Assembly: GCA_040954595.2 (NCBI GenBank)
Contig: CM082585.2
Span: 6,287,808-6,351,807, forward strand
Direction of reading: 5' to 3'
Length of the DNA: 64,000 bases
Origin: Balanoglossus misakiensis
Taxonomy: Eukaryota > Animalia > Hemichordata
Below the pieces are notes generated by a model. That model made no database searches. It saw nothing but the letters and a program-made list of their open reading frames with translations, and was not told where the DNA came from. Of this stretch, positions 12,201 through 27,200 are shown piece after piece. A program made the position numbers and the translations under genes. Each line of letters starts with the position of its first letter. The stretch's first letter is position 1.

Positions 12201-15200
12201 GCACATCTTTGTACTTGCACATATGGTAATGGGATTCAACAGAAATACCCATTGTGAATCTGATTAAAATGCTATATGCTCACTGCACAAGTGTGGTATT
12301 GGAGTGATGGGTCTTGTATCACAATATATACACAACCCATGAAGAGTGATTACATTAAGATATGTATTTCTCCGTTGTACACGACAGTGGTTTTCACGTC
12401 TTTCTGGAGGAACGACGCAATTTTGAAAGTTTGCGGGTATATGTGACTTGAACATGCAAAGTCTGGTGGAAAATGCAAGTATCAGAATGTAGAATTCTCG
12501 AGTCAACAGCTGAAAAGGAAAAGCTTTCAGGCACCACCATGATTCACCGATGAAGAATTTGCCCCACGGATGAACAGTTTGGTCGGGAATGACAAGTTAG
12601 TAATAACGAGGAATGAGGCAAGATCTGAGATTGTGGAGCAAAGCTTACCGTGTTGGTCGAGCACGGTCGTTACTAGAAAAATAAAATAGAGTGAAGGTAA
12701 AAAGAGAAATTCAGTCTTCAAGAGAAAAATCCAGAGAAATGATTAACCCTTTCACCCCTAGTTACCTCCATAGAGGTCCAGGTTTACCATAGAAAACAGT
12801 GGATTTGGACCAAACCATGGTGGTGAAAGGGTTAAAGGTCAATGTGGCAGCAAAAATAATGATGACATTACATGTACAAGGTAGCGAGCGCTATTAGCTG
12901 CAATGCAGACACAAATATATGCGTGCAGAGTTGACATGTGTGTGTACCAGACGTTGGTAATTATGTGTGTGTGAAGAATGTACATGTAAAACTGTATGAG
13001 AGGTACAGTATAGACAGTTGTATTGTGCAGTAATCTGGTAAGTGACAGCAGTGGTATCAGTATGTAAGGCAAAAGCAGACTATGAATATGACAACTCGTG
13101 GAATGGGAAGAATAGAGGGCAGGAATAGACAACACTGTGAATAGACATTATAGACAGCTGTATGTTGATAGTAGACATCTGTACATGGATGTGTATCACA
13201 CGTAAAAATAGACAATGCTGAGCAACAACAGTTAAAACGGACCAGGAACCGAAGTTGATAATCCTTATCAATTTTCCTAGGTTCAAGGAAGTCAGAAGAT
13301 TGCAAGGGATTGCATGTAGATAAAATACTTCAGGTGCTGACGATGAGAACACAGCATAAAACACTAACCATATAGGAACATTGGGAGGGAAATTAATAGA
13401 CACTTGTCAACTTTGGTCTCTTGTCAATTTGGAGTGTCAACATGTACACAATGTACATGTACATGTAAGCTGTGTATTAAATAGTAAGACTAGAACACTG
13501 TACAAAGACCCAGTACAGGTAAGACACAATCTTGACACACCACTAAATTTCACAGAACACAGGCATACTACATTTGTAAGAGATCACACAGCAGCCAGCG
13601 CTCTGAATTTTATTTCCATATTGCCAACTTTGAAGCTAAAAAAATTGTGAACTTGCCTAACAACAAACGTGTGTAAAAGCAATTCAGCTATCTATACCTA
13701 TGCTGTTTCAACCCTTTCACCCCCTAGACTAGGAGACTTAAGGTTGCATACTTCGATCAGAATTCCACCTACCTGCCACTTGTCAGCACTGGAACCCATG
13801 CATAGCCAACTGAAAGAAAATACAACACAAAAAAATTAAGTTCTGAAACACACAATATCATTTCTGGTATCCTTTGATATTTATGTTGTATATTGTTTCA
13901 TATAAGAGAGAATTCATTTTTGTTCATTTATTAACACATGCTTAATAATGGATCATCATAAAGTAAGATCCAATACTTTTCTGCTACATCAGTGACCAAG
14001 ATAGGCTGGTTAGGGAACTTGAAAGGAAGCTGGTTTTATAAAATCAGTATGAGTATGGGAAAGGAATATTATACACAGAAGAACATTTAAGAAAAAGGAT
14101 TTTGGATGAAATTGGATTTGGAAAGGCGAGGTCAGTTTATGGAAGGGAAGGTCTTGCAGTGCAGTGTGGTTGTCAAAATAAAATTTCTGCAATTGCAACT
14201 GTAATCAAAGTAATTCACAAAATACACAAATGTTGAATGATAGCAAAGCATTGAAAGCTAATTAATTAATTAAACATCGTTGGAATGTTACCTTAACTAT
14301 ATCTATCTTGCTGTCATATTTCTCAGCATTCTAACAAGCAATTACATAAACTGTAACGTCAAATTAAAAGGTTTATACACCTTGACAGCTTACGATTGAC
14401 TCTGCTCACAACTGAAAGCAGTCTAAATGTTTGAACTGTCAGTCAGACTACTGGTGGGACACACACACAACTACATGTACTAGTAAATGATGAACTTTAC
14501 TAGTTATGCAGCACCCTCAAGTTACAGGTGACTGTATATGCCTACAATTTTCATCGTGTACCTAGCATACAGTGCAGGCTAAAATATAGTCCAAGGACTG
14601 TTCAAATCAAGATGGTAGAATTTGTGTTCAGTTGTGTGCGTTGGGAGGGGGGGATGCTGCAAGCAAAGAAGATTTCAGTCCACGATAATGTCTGCGAAGC
14701 TAATGTCATGCTATTAAATCAGGTTATTTACTGAAATTTGTACTACAGCTGAACATAAAACTGAGGTTGCAGTGATTCCTTATATTGCCGTTGTTACTAC
14801 CTTTGCTTTCAATATCGTGTCCTTTACGGAAAAAGACAGCAAAGTAATCGTGAAAGAGAAGAGAGAAGAGGTTGATAGAAAGATCTAAGTCTTAAGTTCT
14901 TAGTGTCCTCGAGATGGACATATGCAAAATCCATTATTCTTTACCATAAACTAATCACAAGACTACATGTAAGTATGTCGGTAAACAGTTTGATAATTGT
15001 TAGCCTCCTACAAACTGTATTATTAAGTTGACCAGGTATGATAATTTTACAGACCCAGCCTGGCCAGGTCATTGAATGAAATATTTCAGTTACAAAGAAA
15101 ACTCTCCAAATTCATTATGTTGAGTTAGTCGTTTACTTACCAGGGGTTTCGAGAACCTCTTTGCGTTTCACCGTGCCTTTAGCTTGTTCACAACTGACGT

Positions 15201-18200
15201 GATAGAATGTGAAGAGCAAGTGATGTTTCTCGGTCAGTTGTGTTGGCAATGCAATCTTTACCTGGTAGCAATAATGAGTGGGGGAAGGTTTAGATACTGT
15301 GATCAAAATGCACAGGCAAAAACTCAGTGACATACAGGCAGGTATAAACAACTCATACAATTTATGTGAAATTAAAAGGATTATAGTAGCTGTGATTTGT
15401 TGTGGTTAGAAAGTCATTGCTTTTTTTTGTTGTCTTGTATTGTCTTGTTTTGCTTTGTTTTGTATCAGCTTAAGCTTCCTGTTCTGCTCTCTTAACCCTT
15501 TGGACCTGGCTTGGAAGAAAACTTCTGAATCATGTCATAGGTCATAACGAGGTCCGAGTGCAAAAGGTTAAACTTGATTTCAAAATGTCATCAGTATTAA
15601 ACAGGGCCAATTCATGCGCAGTGAGGGTGAGTCAAGTACTGGTAATTTTAGACAAAATATTGTATAATGCACAAAACAAAAATGCGAGATCAAAGATATT
15701 GTCCCTTTAACTGCACATTTCACTGTTGATTAAACAGTCACAACTGATTGAATATATCTTAGTTTAGCTAATTCTAATGATCAGTGGTGATGTGGGCAAT
15801 TGTGTTAACAAGATGGATCGTGATCATGAACATTCTCTGAGAATGAATGAAAACAACATGTACAATATGTATGCTGAAAATGATCGACCTCAGACAAGAC
15901 TTCACCACTGCTGTCTCACCTCTTCATAGAACTCAGGTGACGTCACATGATGCAGAACCGCGGCCGATGAATGAGTGACAAAGACCGGTTCTCCAGGTCT
16001 GCCGCGTATACACTGCAACGGCTGTGCTGCCTCGTCGTCTGAATCCCGGAACTCTACCACCACGGCGATGTTACGTGCCTGTCGAAGATACGCAAGTATG
16101 AGCTACATTGCTCGTGAGGGGGAGGTTTTCTAGCAGTAACATGTCTGAAAGAAATTCTTTTATGCTACAAGAGGTTCACCCCCCCCCCCCCCCCCCAAGG
16201 TATGTACGGGTGTCTCAAAACACATTGTACGACAAGAAAGTGCTAGTCGCACTTTGAGGAAAAAGCTATCTGCGACCACTAGCACTTTGATTCTGCGACC
16301 ACTGTTCACCTCGATATTTAACGATATCATTACCATTACCATAACCCCACCCCTAACTGACAAGTAACCTATGTCAAGATGGTATCACATAAATGGCCAA
16401 GAGAGTAAACTGTCCTAATACCTGTTAGAGGGCACTCTGACACAACGGTTAGGACGAACTGATTATAATCCCAGCTTACCTTTGTGAAGGTTTTCTGACT
16501 GTCAAACTTTAGAGACTGTGGATAGACGTACAGATGGTTCATATATCCTGTGTGTGGGTAGGAATATTTGCCTTCTTCTGGGATGAACTCCTGAATCTCA
16601 AGGCTTGGTGGTTCTATCGTCGGTACTGGGAATGGCCGTATGGGCACCAGAGAGGGTGTCAAACAGTCTGGTAACGAAACAGATATGTTAACCCTTCCAA
16701 CACCATGTCGTCATTTTTCACAAAATTAACCTCATAATTTTTACTGTATACATTTATTTTCCAAATTTTTGATCAAAACCTGCAGACAACGGAACATTAT
16801 AGCCACTTGGTCTAGAATTAGGGAGGAAAATATCGAAAAATGTGTGAAAATTATGAAAATGTTGCACATTTTTCACAGGGTATCTATGTGAGAAATTTTC
16901 ATGGTAAACAGAGGGAGGAAGAGAAATTGAAGAAAGCAAAGATGTGGAACATGGGGCTTTATGGGCAGCAGATTTTCATACCAAAATATTCAAATGTGGT
17001 GAAATGAAGGCTGGATTTACACAAAGCATACTTACTCTGGAAGCTGTCAAGTACTGAGCAGACAGAAATCTTGAATGTAGCCGGTATGGCTTGCAGTCGA
17101 CTGAGTTTCTCAGGATTCGCTTTGATATCTTTGAGATGTTTGATGAGATCTTCATCAGAGAGTTTAGCACTCTCTTGTTTGTAGAAAGACGAGAACTGTG
17201 ATGTGCGGTCCACTTTGCTGCTGTCTGTAAAAACTGGTCTACAAAGAACAATAACAACAAAATATTTCGAGTTTTAATATAGGATTCACATGTAAAACAA
17301 TTTTAAAGTGAAGGGGTCACCACACCGCGTTTGTTTGTTTATAAACATTACAATTCATCCACAAATCCCTGAAATTTGATAATTCTTAGAACGAACAAAG
17401 CAGCCAACCGTGGCGTAGACTGGGCATGACAGCAACTGAAGATCCTAGTAGGTTGTGGCGACTGCAGTGGGGTTTGTGCTGGTATGGGAGGACATATTCT
17501 CATCAAGGGGGACACCCACTTGGCGCGACGACCGCTTCCCTTTAAACCAACTTTAGGGAATGCAGTATGCAACCCAAATATTATCACTCCAAAACTGGCT
17601 CAGTGGTATTTACACACTCACCTTGCAGACCATGCAAATGGCATTCTGTAGTGTCCCATCCGGAGGCAAAATATCCTGGCTTGCTTGAATAGCTTCTGGG
17701 CACTCTGCAAACATAATGCAAATACAAAATGACCGCACTGTTCAAGTATAGTATGTAAAGTGAAACCTGTCATTACAGACACCTCTCTATAAAGGACATA
17801 TTTTCTGGTCCCAGAGGTGTCCTTATAAGATAGGTTTCACTGTATCTGACAGGTTACAATGAAAATCTGCTTTGATTTTCCAACATCAATTTATGCAATT
17901 ATTAAAGCATCTACAATTTTCACAAATTCCACCCTGCAAAAGAATCTTATATGTCAATTTAATATCTAGTTTACCTTTGGTTAGCGAAATGAAGAGTGAT
18001 ATACAACCAATTTCAACAGACGGTCACCTACCTTCAACGCATCGCCGTTCTTGAGATACGGTTCCACACAAGTACTGATGTTTCCCTGTAGTACTTTTTC
18101 TATTTTGGCCACCAGATAGATTTCTGAGTGCGGGGCACTCACTGAAAACACACCCTGAAACACAGCATAGTCAAAGTTTAGAGGATGTTCACACATACAT

Positions 18201-21200
18201 GTATAAGTCAGGCCCACACCTGTATATAACCAAAATCAAAGTCTGTAAAACAGTCAAATAAACGCTTGTACATGTACCTGTACAATAACGGGATTTAGAA
18301 TCTCACTATCATGAATAAAACGAGACTCTGTCAATTCTATACAATTTTGAACTGGAAATTTTTGAGTACATGTATGGCCTGGCTGTTTGGATGTTCAGAT
18401 TTATATCACAACATAAATGCACCTGAAGGGTCATGGTGTTTGGACAGTGTTTCACTGTACCTAATACCCAGGAAGTCCATGCAAAGATATTGGCACACTG
18501 ATTGAGTGCGGTGCCAATTAAAAGTGTGAATCATCTCTGAAAACAGTCAGTTCAGGTCAGTGTTCAGCCAGAGGGAAAGGGATTGTTTTGGGAGGGTGAC
18601 TCACAGATCCCCAGGGAAGTGGCCATATGCTGTTTCCCATGGCCAGTTAGTGTGTGCGTACTCGTGCAAGGGTTTCTGAGGTGAACTCTCTCTTAGGGTG
18701 AGAATGTCAACACGGCAGTGAAAAAAATTGATTTCTAATTACTGAAAAAAGGGAAAATGTTGGAGACAAATTTCTAGGGACTTACATTACAGCTAAACCA
18801 GTTTAAATCGGATGCCAGAGGGACTAATAATTGTTCAGTTTGCAGAGGTGTCCGGTTCATGCAGGATTTTTTATCATGTGGTTCTATGTGATAGGGACTG
18901 TGATATAGGCAAGTTAGGCAGGGTCCATTTTAGACAGATTTTACTGTACACCTATCTATTTTATCCAGCATACCTGCTTGGGGAACTTCAACCAGTTCTC
19001 GTCCACTTTATCCAAGTCCGGTTTTCCGTAACCTTCAATTTTTCCGGTCTGATTGGAATCGCCTCTGTTGGGAATGCCTCTGCCATCGTACGGCGGCAAC
19101 ATCTGTCGGATGTAGGGATGGTTCAAGTCCACTTTGAAATCTTCGGATAACTTCACACCTTCTCTGGCGTCATACAAAGCTAATACGACATAGAACGGCT
19201 CCAGCTGTGAGAGATAGCCACAAAAATAGTGTCAAGGGCACCATGCTCCCATTTGATAAGAATTGTTACATGAAAAGGTCTTCAGACATTTATTATGCCA
19301 AATTATAATACGTGCAAAGCCTGTATTTGCCACTTTCTATGTTCTCACAGTGAAGATATGAGCCCGTATTGTCACCGAAATACGAATATCACAGGAACAC
19401 AACGCGTTATCGACCAAACTTCATGTAAAACCCCTAATTATCAAGTCATAAAATGTCTTGAAATACCAGACCAATCTTAGACACATTTCAGACATTTCTA
19501 GCCACATATACACACAGTGAAATATGATAAACTTGCTTACATACATATTTAGAAGACAATAAAATTCAACTTACATTGACTTGATCATCCTCTTTATGTT
19601 CCTCTATTTCTCCATTTTCAGTGATCGCCGCGGCAACTTTGAATTTGAGTTCCTCACAAGTCACCATGAACCTCGTCCCGAAATGCTCTGTGTACACATT
19701 CACTTCGGGTTTGTTGTCTTCAGCCAAAATTCTGCTGGTAAACTGTGGGCGGGAATCAAGAAAGTGGTGAAGATTCAGAATTTGTGTGATGTTCGATCTG
19801 GTCCACTATCAAGTATGATACGAATACAGTCAAACCTGTGTTAGTGGCCACCTCTATATAGTTGCCACTTTGTTACAGTCCCTGTGCTATCTACATGTGC
19901 ATTAACTGACCTGTATATAACAGCCACCTGTTTATAAAGACCACTTTAGGAAAGTCCCTTAACTGGCCACTTTGGACATTTTCGACTGCATATGATTTGA
20001 TCTAATATGATCTGCGATCAGACCTATAATAATGGATCAATAGGTCTTTGATAAGACCTACAATGATGTATAGCTATAGTTAGAAGATCCATTATGATTT
20101 GTATTATCAGACCTATACAGCATACCCAATGGCACATTGACAAGTCTACGGTCATATGTGATCTCATTAACTATAATAACATTCTTAAATTTTTGAACAA
20201 CTACTGACAGATATTTTTTTCCAGACACATCATAATTAATCATTTATAATTTTATCAGTTCAAATTTATTGTTATTATCCCAATCCACACCCATGGGACA
20301 TCTTCATTAGTGCATTATTAATCAAATTTGACCATGCATGGGACAGTTATTGTTCCAAAAAGGACAGCAGTCTTGACCTCCCGAAACAGATGTCAAGCAA
20401 ACACAAAGTAGGTACTGCATCACTGTGGAGGTCTCAATTCACTGACATAAGAGACCTTGCATGTGACATTGTAAATATTAAATAGTTAGGCAAGAACATG
20501 GCCTTATAAAATATCAGATTACTAAAATTTCTGACCTGCTGCATTGGGATAAATTTTTTTAAATAATTTTTTTCAAATAATTTTTTTTTATTATAAATCC
20601 AAAACATGTACATGTAGTGCGATTTTTGCACACAATAATCCAAATACAATCAAACCCCCTCCCCCTCTAAATGCAGATATTGCATTTATCGTACATGTTT
20701 TATTATCCATGGCCCTTAAATGTTTATTTGGGGTGCAATAACAAGCTGAAAGAATAAATAAAATGAATTCTGACCTGCATTTGGGGATAAATCCCAAACA
20801 ATTTATGTCGTCCTTCTTTCCGTCTGACCGCATTGTACCTCTCTGTCTCCTTGGCGTACCTCATCAACTCGGGATGTCGACTTTGTTGCAGACTTTCTCG
20901 GAAAGTTTCCTTGCTAGGCGACGGCATGGAATCATCATCTATGTGTAAAACATGAAAGATAATTCAAGAGGTTATATGATTTCTTTCACCCCCATATCCC
21001 TGTATAGAGGTCCAAGTTTACCATGGAAAACAATCGATTTGGGACAAACCATGGTGGTGAAAGGATTAAACCTACCGCCTGCATTTCCCTGTACATGAAT
21101 CACCCATACAACTGAAAACTATGGGTAGAATCACCCCATTTACAGTCGTATGATCGAAAGTTTGCAACTTACAGTTTATTATCAAACACATGGTAATGCA

Positions 21201-24200
21201 AGCTTGCCTGGAAAGTGAAATGTTCTGCGCTAAAAATCTGACTAACCCAGAGTCATTAGCCAATAAAATTTCGATCCAAGCATGTCTGATTGATGGTTTT
21301 TGCAAGTGAAGAAAATGGCCAACGGCAGCCATATTGGATCATATTGCAAAGAAAATGGCCAACAGGCAGCCATATTGGATCACATTGCAAAACAAACTGG
21401 GATGAACACAGACGTCAGAGAGATACTGAAATGCTCCTGAGCAGTGATTGAAACAAAGCATGTCAAAGCAATGGCTAAATAGAAAACGGGGTATAAACTA
21501 ATGAGGTCCAATGGACTCTTCTTGTGCTAGATTTTGGTAATTTGGCTGAGGCATGTCTGAGAAACGACTGGGGCAGACACGTAACACACCGCTGCGTCCA
21601 CATAACTTGATCTATAAATCCCAAAGGACCAACAACTGTTCAGCTGCAGACATTGCGGCATTCCTAAGTGTTCCCTTGACAACCGAGAATGCACTAATAG
21701 CGTCAATTTCTATCAAAATGATCCGGGGTCAAAAGTTCAGTCTCACTGATCAAAGCGAGCGATCCATTCATTAAATCAAACTTTCCATCATTAACACTAT
21801 TTTTGATTTGCATCTTTTAAAGATAAAAAGTGCTAACATTTATCTGAATTGAGATAACCCCTGATTGATAACAGTCATCAGTTTCCATGGAAACTACACA
21901 GCCCAGCACTTTGTCCTGATCAGCTGTGACAGGGAAGTCCGATTGCTTAATGGTGGATTTGTGGGTGACTTGATTAACTTGACAGAGTGACTTTTGCAAA
22001 ACACTGATGCGTAAACTCGTGTGCCCAGTTACCATCACTCACAGTACATTAAACTCTTAAAAAGGAAATAGGGTGGGCTAAACAAAGCAGCCTTTTCAGG
22101 ACTCTCCGGCGGATGTTTCGAACCTTCCTCATCACAAAAAGGGCTTTCTCTCATCAGAAATTTATCGCCTGCTCTGTAGTATATATAATGCAACAGAAAT
22201 AATGAATGAGATTTATCAACCAGCTAAACCACCTGCTATAATGTAACATAAATTTTTCAACTTTTCAACTGTTTCTTTAAAGGGACAAAGTCTCTCTCTC
22301 GCTTCCCTGTTTCCATTATTATGTTTGATACAAGACACTGTTTATCATTTATGTTATTCTACATGTGGATATATAGTGAATCACCATTCGACCACACACA
22401 ACTTCATCCTGTTTGTAGGATATGAGATTAAAAATCTCGCCAAAATGAATAAACAGTAGAGATTGATTGTATCAAACATAATTAATGGAAAAAAGGGCAG
22501 CGAGCGAGAGACTTTGTCCCTTTAACAAAACTTGACACATTCACCACACACCTTGTTCAAGTAAATCATCTTGTGAGGTGATGCTCTGTTTATCCTCATT
22601 ATTCTGTTGAATTATTTTGTTAAACGTATTCATCCAATCTTCCATGTCATTTTCGCTTTCCGCCGCCAACTGGTAGACGTTTCTGTCTTGCATGCGTAGT
22701 TCCATACCGAACTTCCGGCTCTTTGGGTTCTGAAAGAAGATCCAATATTTCTTTCCTTACATACATGTACATTTATATAAAAAGCATTTTTCACTAAAAA
22801 TATGTTGAATTACTCATACATGCAAGCTCTTAAAAGACTTTTCACATTTTATTACAGCAAAGAATTATTACATTTGGAGGACTATCATTTTTCTGAAATC
22901 TGCCACCAAGGTGTATTTTACCCTAACCCTTCCACCCCCAGTTCCCTCTTCAGTGGTCCAACCTTACCATAGAAAACAATGGGATTGGACTGAACCATTC
23001 TGGTGAAAGGGTATGATGCGAGCAACACGTACCTTTGCAATTTCCATCATGGAATCCAGATACACGACACCCTTGGCCGTCATTCTGTCTTTCCCTTTTT
23101 CTTCTTTGCGGTATTCCAGGACGTAACATTTGTCTGGCAACTGTCGCAGATGGAAATATCTTCTCTTGTAAGACTGCAATACGAAAACATAGCGTGATCT
23201 TTAATTTAATGCTATCAACCATGCATGGTCTATGAATATTAACAATTAGTCTTGGCATCGCACATGCCACCCAACCAGATCACCACGGCTACAATTATTG
23301 CAGCTAGGCACAACTAACACATTCCTCACATTTACCCCTCCCCCTCCCCCTCCCCCCAAACTCTGCCCCCCCCCCCCTCCCCAAAAAGAGCATGACAACC
23401 TACTTCCATAAGAGGTATTTTGGCCTTGCCACCACTTTTCCCTCCAAACGGCGCCTTGTAAAGGAATCCCGTTTTTTCAATACTTCCTCTGGGTGACAGG
23501 AGAGTCTCCTCTTCCTCAACTTTTTCGTCCGATTGGTCCACTTCATAGTTGTGTTCAGGTAATGTGTCGACTTTTTCAATCCTGCAATCGTACACACACA
23601 TACATAATGGTAAAATTTTAAAATTTATGATCTATCTTTACTTCATCATTGTGTTGGTGTGTTTACCAGTAACACTGCTGTTGCTGGACAAAATCACTCT
23701 ATATTGACTTTTAGGTTTTTATTTTAAAGGGACAAAGTCTCTCTCGCTGCCCTTATACCATTAATTATGTTTGATACAAGACACTGTCTATGTTAATGTC
23801 CATGTGGATATATAGTGAATCAACGTTCAATCACACACAACTTCTATCCCACTTGTAGACAGAGAGTGAAAAAAACTCGCCAAAATGAATAATCGGTCTC
23901 TACCATTTATTCATTTTGGGCGAGTTTTATTCTCGTATCATACAAGCATATCATGAATTTGATCTGACTAATAACTTCAGTTTTCACTCTCAGAACCCAA
24001 GAAACCCTGTTATCAGAGAGCAAGAACGTGTGAGTCAAAAGGTTATGAAAAGGAGTCCAATACAAAACGAGTGAGGCCATACATACATGGCAATCACATA
24101 AAAAAAGCTGAAAGACTGAAAGGACAGGCCAGGAAGTCACTTACTTTGGCAGCTGGGTGTAATTTCCACTGTACGCATCATACTTCTTGTTGACCACAAA

Positions 24201-27200
24201 CCAGTCGGATGTGTAGGCGTTTATGCACTGCAATGAGAATTTCACGTGACACGGGCTGTTTTGTCGAAACTCAAAAGAAACTGACAAAAATGCACATCAA
24301 TATTTCATGTCCAATTCCAGTCTTTATCACATGCCTATCTATCATATTTCTATACACCACTTCTGTAGTTGCCGACTCTATGTCTATATTTGCTGACTTC
24401 ACAAATCAATGTAATGCTATTTCAGCCATCAGAATGATCTCCCTTGTCTCTTCATCCCATACTATTTCCAGAAACTCTGACAACCTGTTTTCCTGTTTTG
24501 AGGATTTCAAAACCTTTCCCAGTGTCACATCTTGTCAAAACCTCAACAGAATCCACTGTGATAATTTGCCTTCACGGAAATGAATTTTCAGGTCTTTCAT
24601 TGTGTCAAAATTCCCAGTGGACCCTTTTGACTTATTTTTCATAAAGTACATCAGATTATACTCTTGATATTTTTAAATTAAACTTTCCATGCAATATCAA
24701 TGTTTACACGCCGTCTCAGTCATAGATCAATTATCAGTTTAGGACACTAGGGTATTAAAATCTGCCTGGTACCAGCATATAGGCGAATACAGGAAGTCGG
24801 TTTATAGTATTTTTCTGAACATTACTGCAATGTGTCAAAATGTTTTATGACAGTTGTATATCAATGGACATAATTACAACTGTAATATTTTATTACAGCT
24901 ATACAGTTATAATTATAACTGTACAGACTTATTTGTACACTCCAATTTTCCAAGCAGTATTGATCTACCAGATATTAGATAAGCCACACGAGATAACTTT
25001 TATGAATTTGAAATTGAACTAATCAAAATGACAAGAAAATAAAGCCAATGAGATTTCACGACAGAGTTTGGATAAGGCTATGTAAATATGAGATAACAGA
25101 TCTCTGATTGAAAAAAAAGATGGGATCTGAAAATTTTAGTCATCGGTTCATGGACCAGGATTCAATTTTTTCTCTGATATGTCTACACAAATTTTGCATG
25201 CATGAAAGACTGATATTACTTTATTATATGATACTTTGAAAATGCAGAGTATATATCACGTAAACCATTAGATATCTCCAGCAGCTTCTAAAGTAATTAC
25301 TCCACACATTTTCAGTTCAGAATCATATTTGCACCGTGAGATCATTTTATGACCACCACAGCCTCTGAACCAATCAGCAGACCACGGGGCGAGAATATTT
25401 CCTGGATCTGCGATGGAAAAGAAACTGTTCCTGGATCTCAAAGCACCGCATTATCCAGGCCATGATGGAAAAGTTGATGCTTGGTTTTTACGGGCCCAAG
25501 CCAAGCCAGGCTTGGGCCCGTATTGGTTTCGTTGGGGTTTTTCTTTCTTTCTTTCTTTCTTTCTTTATTCTTGGTTCACTTCTTTCGCGCTCTAGATCTC
25601 AGACACCACTGCAGGTACAGTTCTCAAACTTGCTACAGTGGTCAAGGTCAATGAGTAGATGTGCAGTGACTTGTGAATACTTAATTAGTCACGTGACATG
25701 GCGGCCATGTTGGATTTTCTGAAAAAATGCAAATCTCAGATCTCAGAAACTACAAGTCAGATCAACTTCAGATTTGGTGTGCTGGTAGTATACCCTCTGC
25801 CCATCATTTTTGTAATTGGATATTTTGCTGTCAATGTTGCAGTTTTTTTGCTACAGTTGTTTTTCTGAAATCTGGTCAAAATTTCAAAAATCTTCTTCTC
25901 CAGAACCGGCGATAACCGAGTCACGCCGTTTGGGGTATGTGGTCACCTAACTGATGTCTATCAAGTTTGCGAAGATCATTGTGATTGGTCGAAGATTATG
26001 GCGGCCATATTGGATTTTCGAAAAACCATAGTAAAACTTCTAAAATCTTCTTCTCCAGAACGGGCGATAACCGAGTCACAAGATTTGGTGTGTGTGGTCA
26101 TTAAACAGATGTCTATCAAGTTTGCGAAGGGGAATGTGATTGGTCGAAGATTATGGCGGCCATATTGGATTTTGTGAAAAATGATTAAAAAGTAAAAATT
26201 CCTTTTCTAGCCCAAAAATTGATAGCACAGAAATTCTTTTTATGGATATGAATCATCATATGACAAGAATAACCTATAAATATTTTGGTAATTTTGGCAA
26301 TGACCTTTGACCTACTTTTGACGCATCATTTTTCTGCATATCTAATTCCAGGCTAACCAATAGGGCTATAAGTTTGGTTTTTGATGTATGTGGATTTGTA
26401 TGTGATCAAAAAATTTTGCTACTTTTCATGACCCCTTTGACCTCTGCTGACCTCATTCAATATGCATATACCTAATTACAGATGAACCAATAGACCTAGA
26501 GGTTTTGTTTTTGTTATACATGGACCAGTATGGGGTCAAAATATTTTGCCCAAATGTTGGGTGACCTCGGGTGACCTTTGACCTACTTTTGCATATCTCG
26601 ACATCCACACCAGATACAGCCTTGGCGTTTGGAGGTATGGGGCCATAATGAAAAGCCAAAGTTTTGGGTCACCTGTGACACCTGCTTTACTCATTATTTA
26701 TGTGCATACCTAATTCCGGGCTAACCAAAAGGGCTAGAGATCTGGTTTTTGTTGGACATAGACCACTATGGGTCAAAATATTCTGCCCAAATAATTGGTG
26801 ACCTCTGGGTGACCTTTGACCTACTTAATACTATGTCAACACCAAACCTAGATATAACCTTGATATTTCATGGGATAAAACACAGCATTATGTTTCTACT
26901 CATTAATTATGTGCATATCTAATAATCAGATCAGATAATAGAGCTTGGGCCCGGACAATGCTGCTTGCAGCTTTAATGTTTACTTTAATTTTATGATATT
27001 GTAAAAGTGACTCTCACCTCTCTGACAAAAAGTGTGGTTGCTTCTTTGTCTGCGTTTTCAGGCACAGTTGTCTTGACTGTTCTTAAATCCCTCTGAAGTG
27101 TTGCTACCTGTAAAGACATCAGCAAATGGTTAGACATGGTAATAGACATCATATAACACACAATTGTAGACTTATCTAAATTTGGATAGCTGATTAAAAT

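Noticed and set aside
21838-21843. 6-nt in-frame microexon (cag|ATAAAT|gttagc) after the PH domain
   Set aside because: Weak pyrimidine tract; indistinguishable from chance without RNA data.
25690-26830. Interspersed repeats as a CRISPR-like array
   Set aside because: Eukaryotic context; spacers are homologous to each other, i.e. tandem repeats inside the HINE element.
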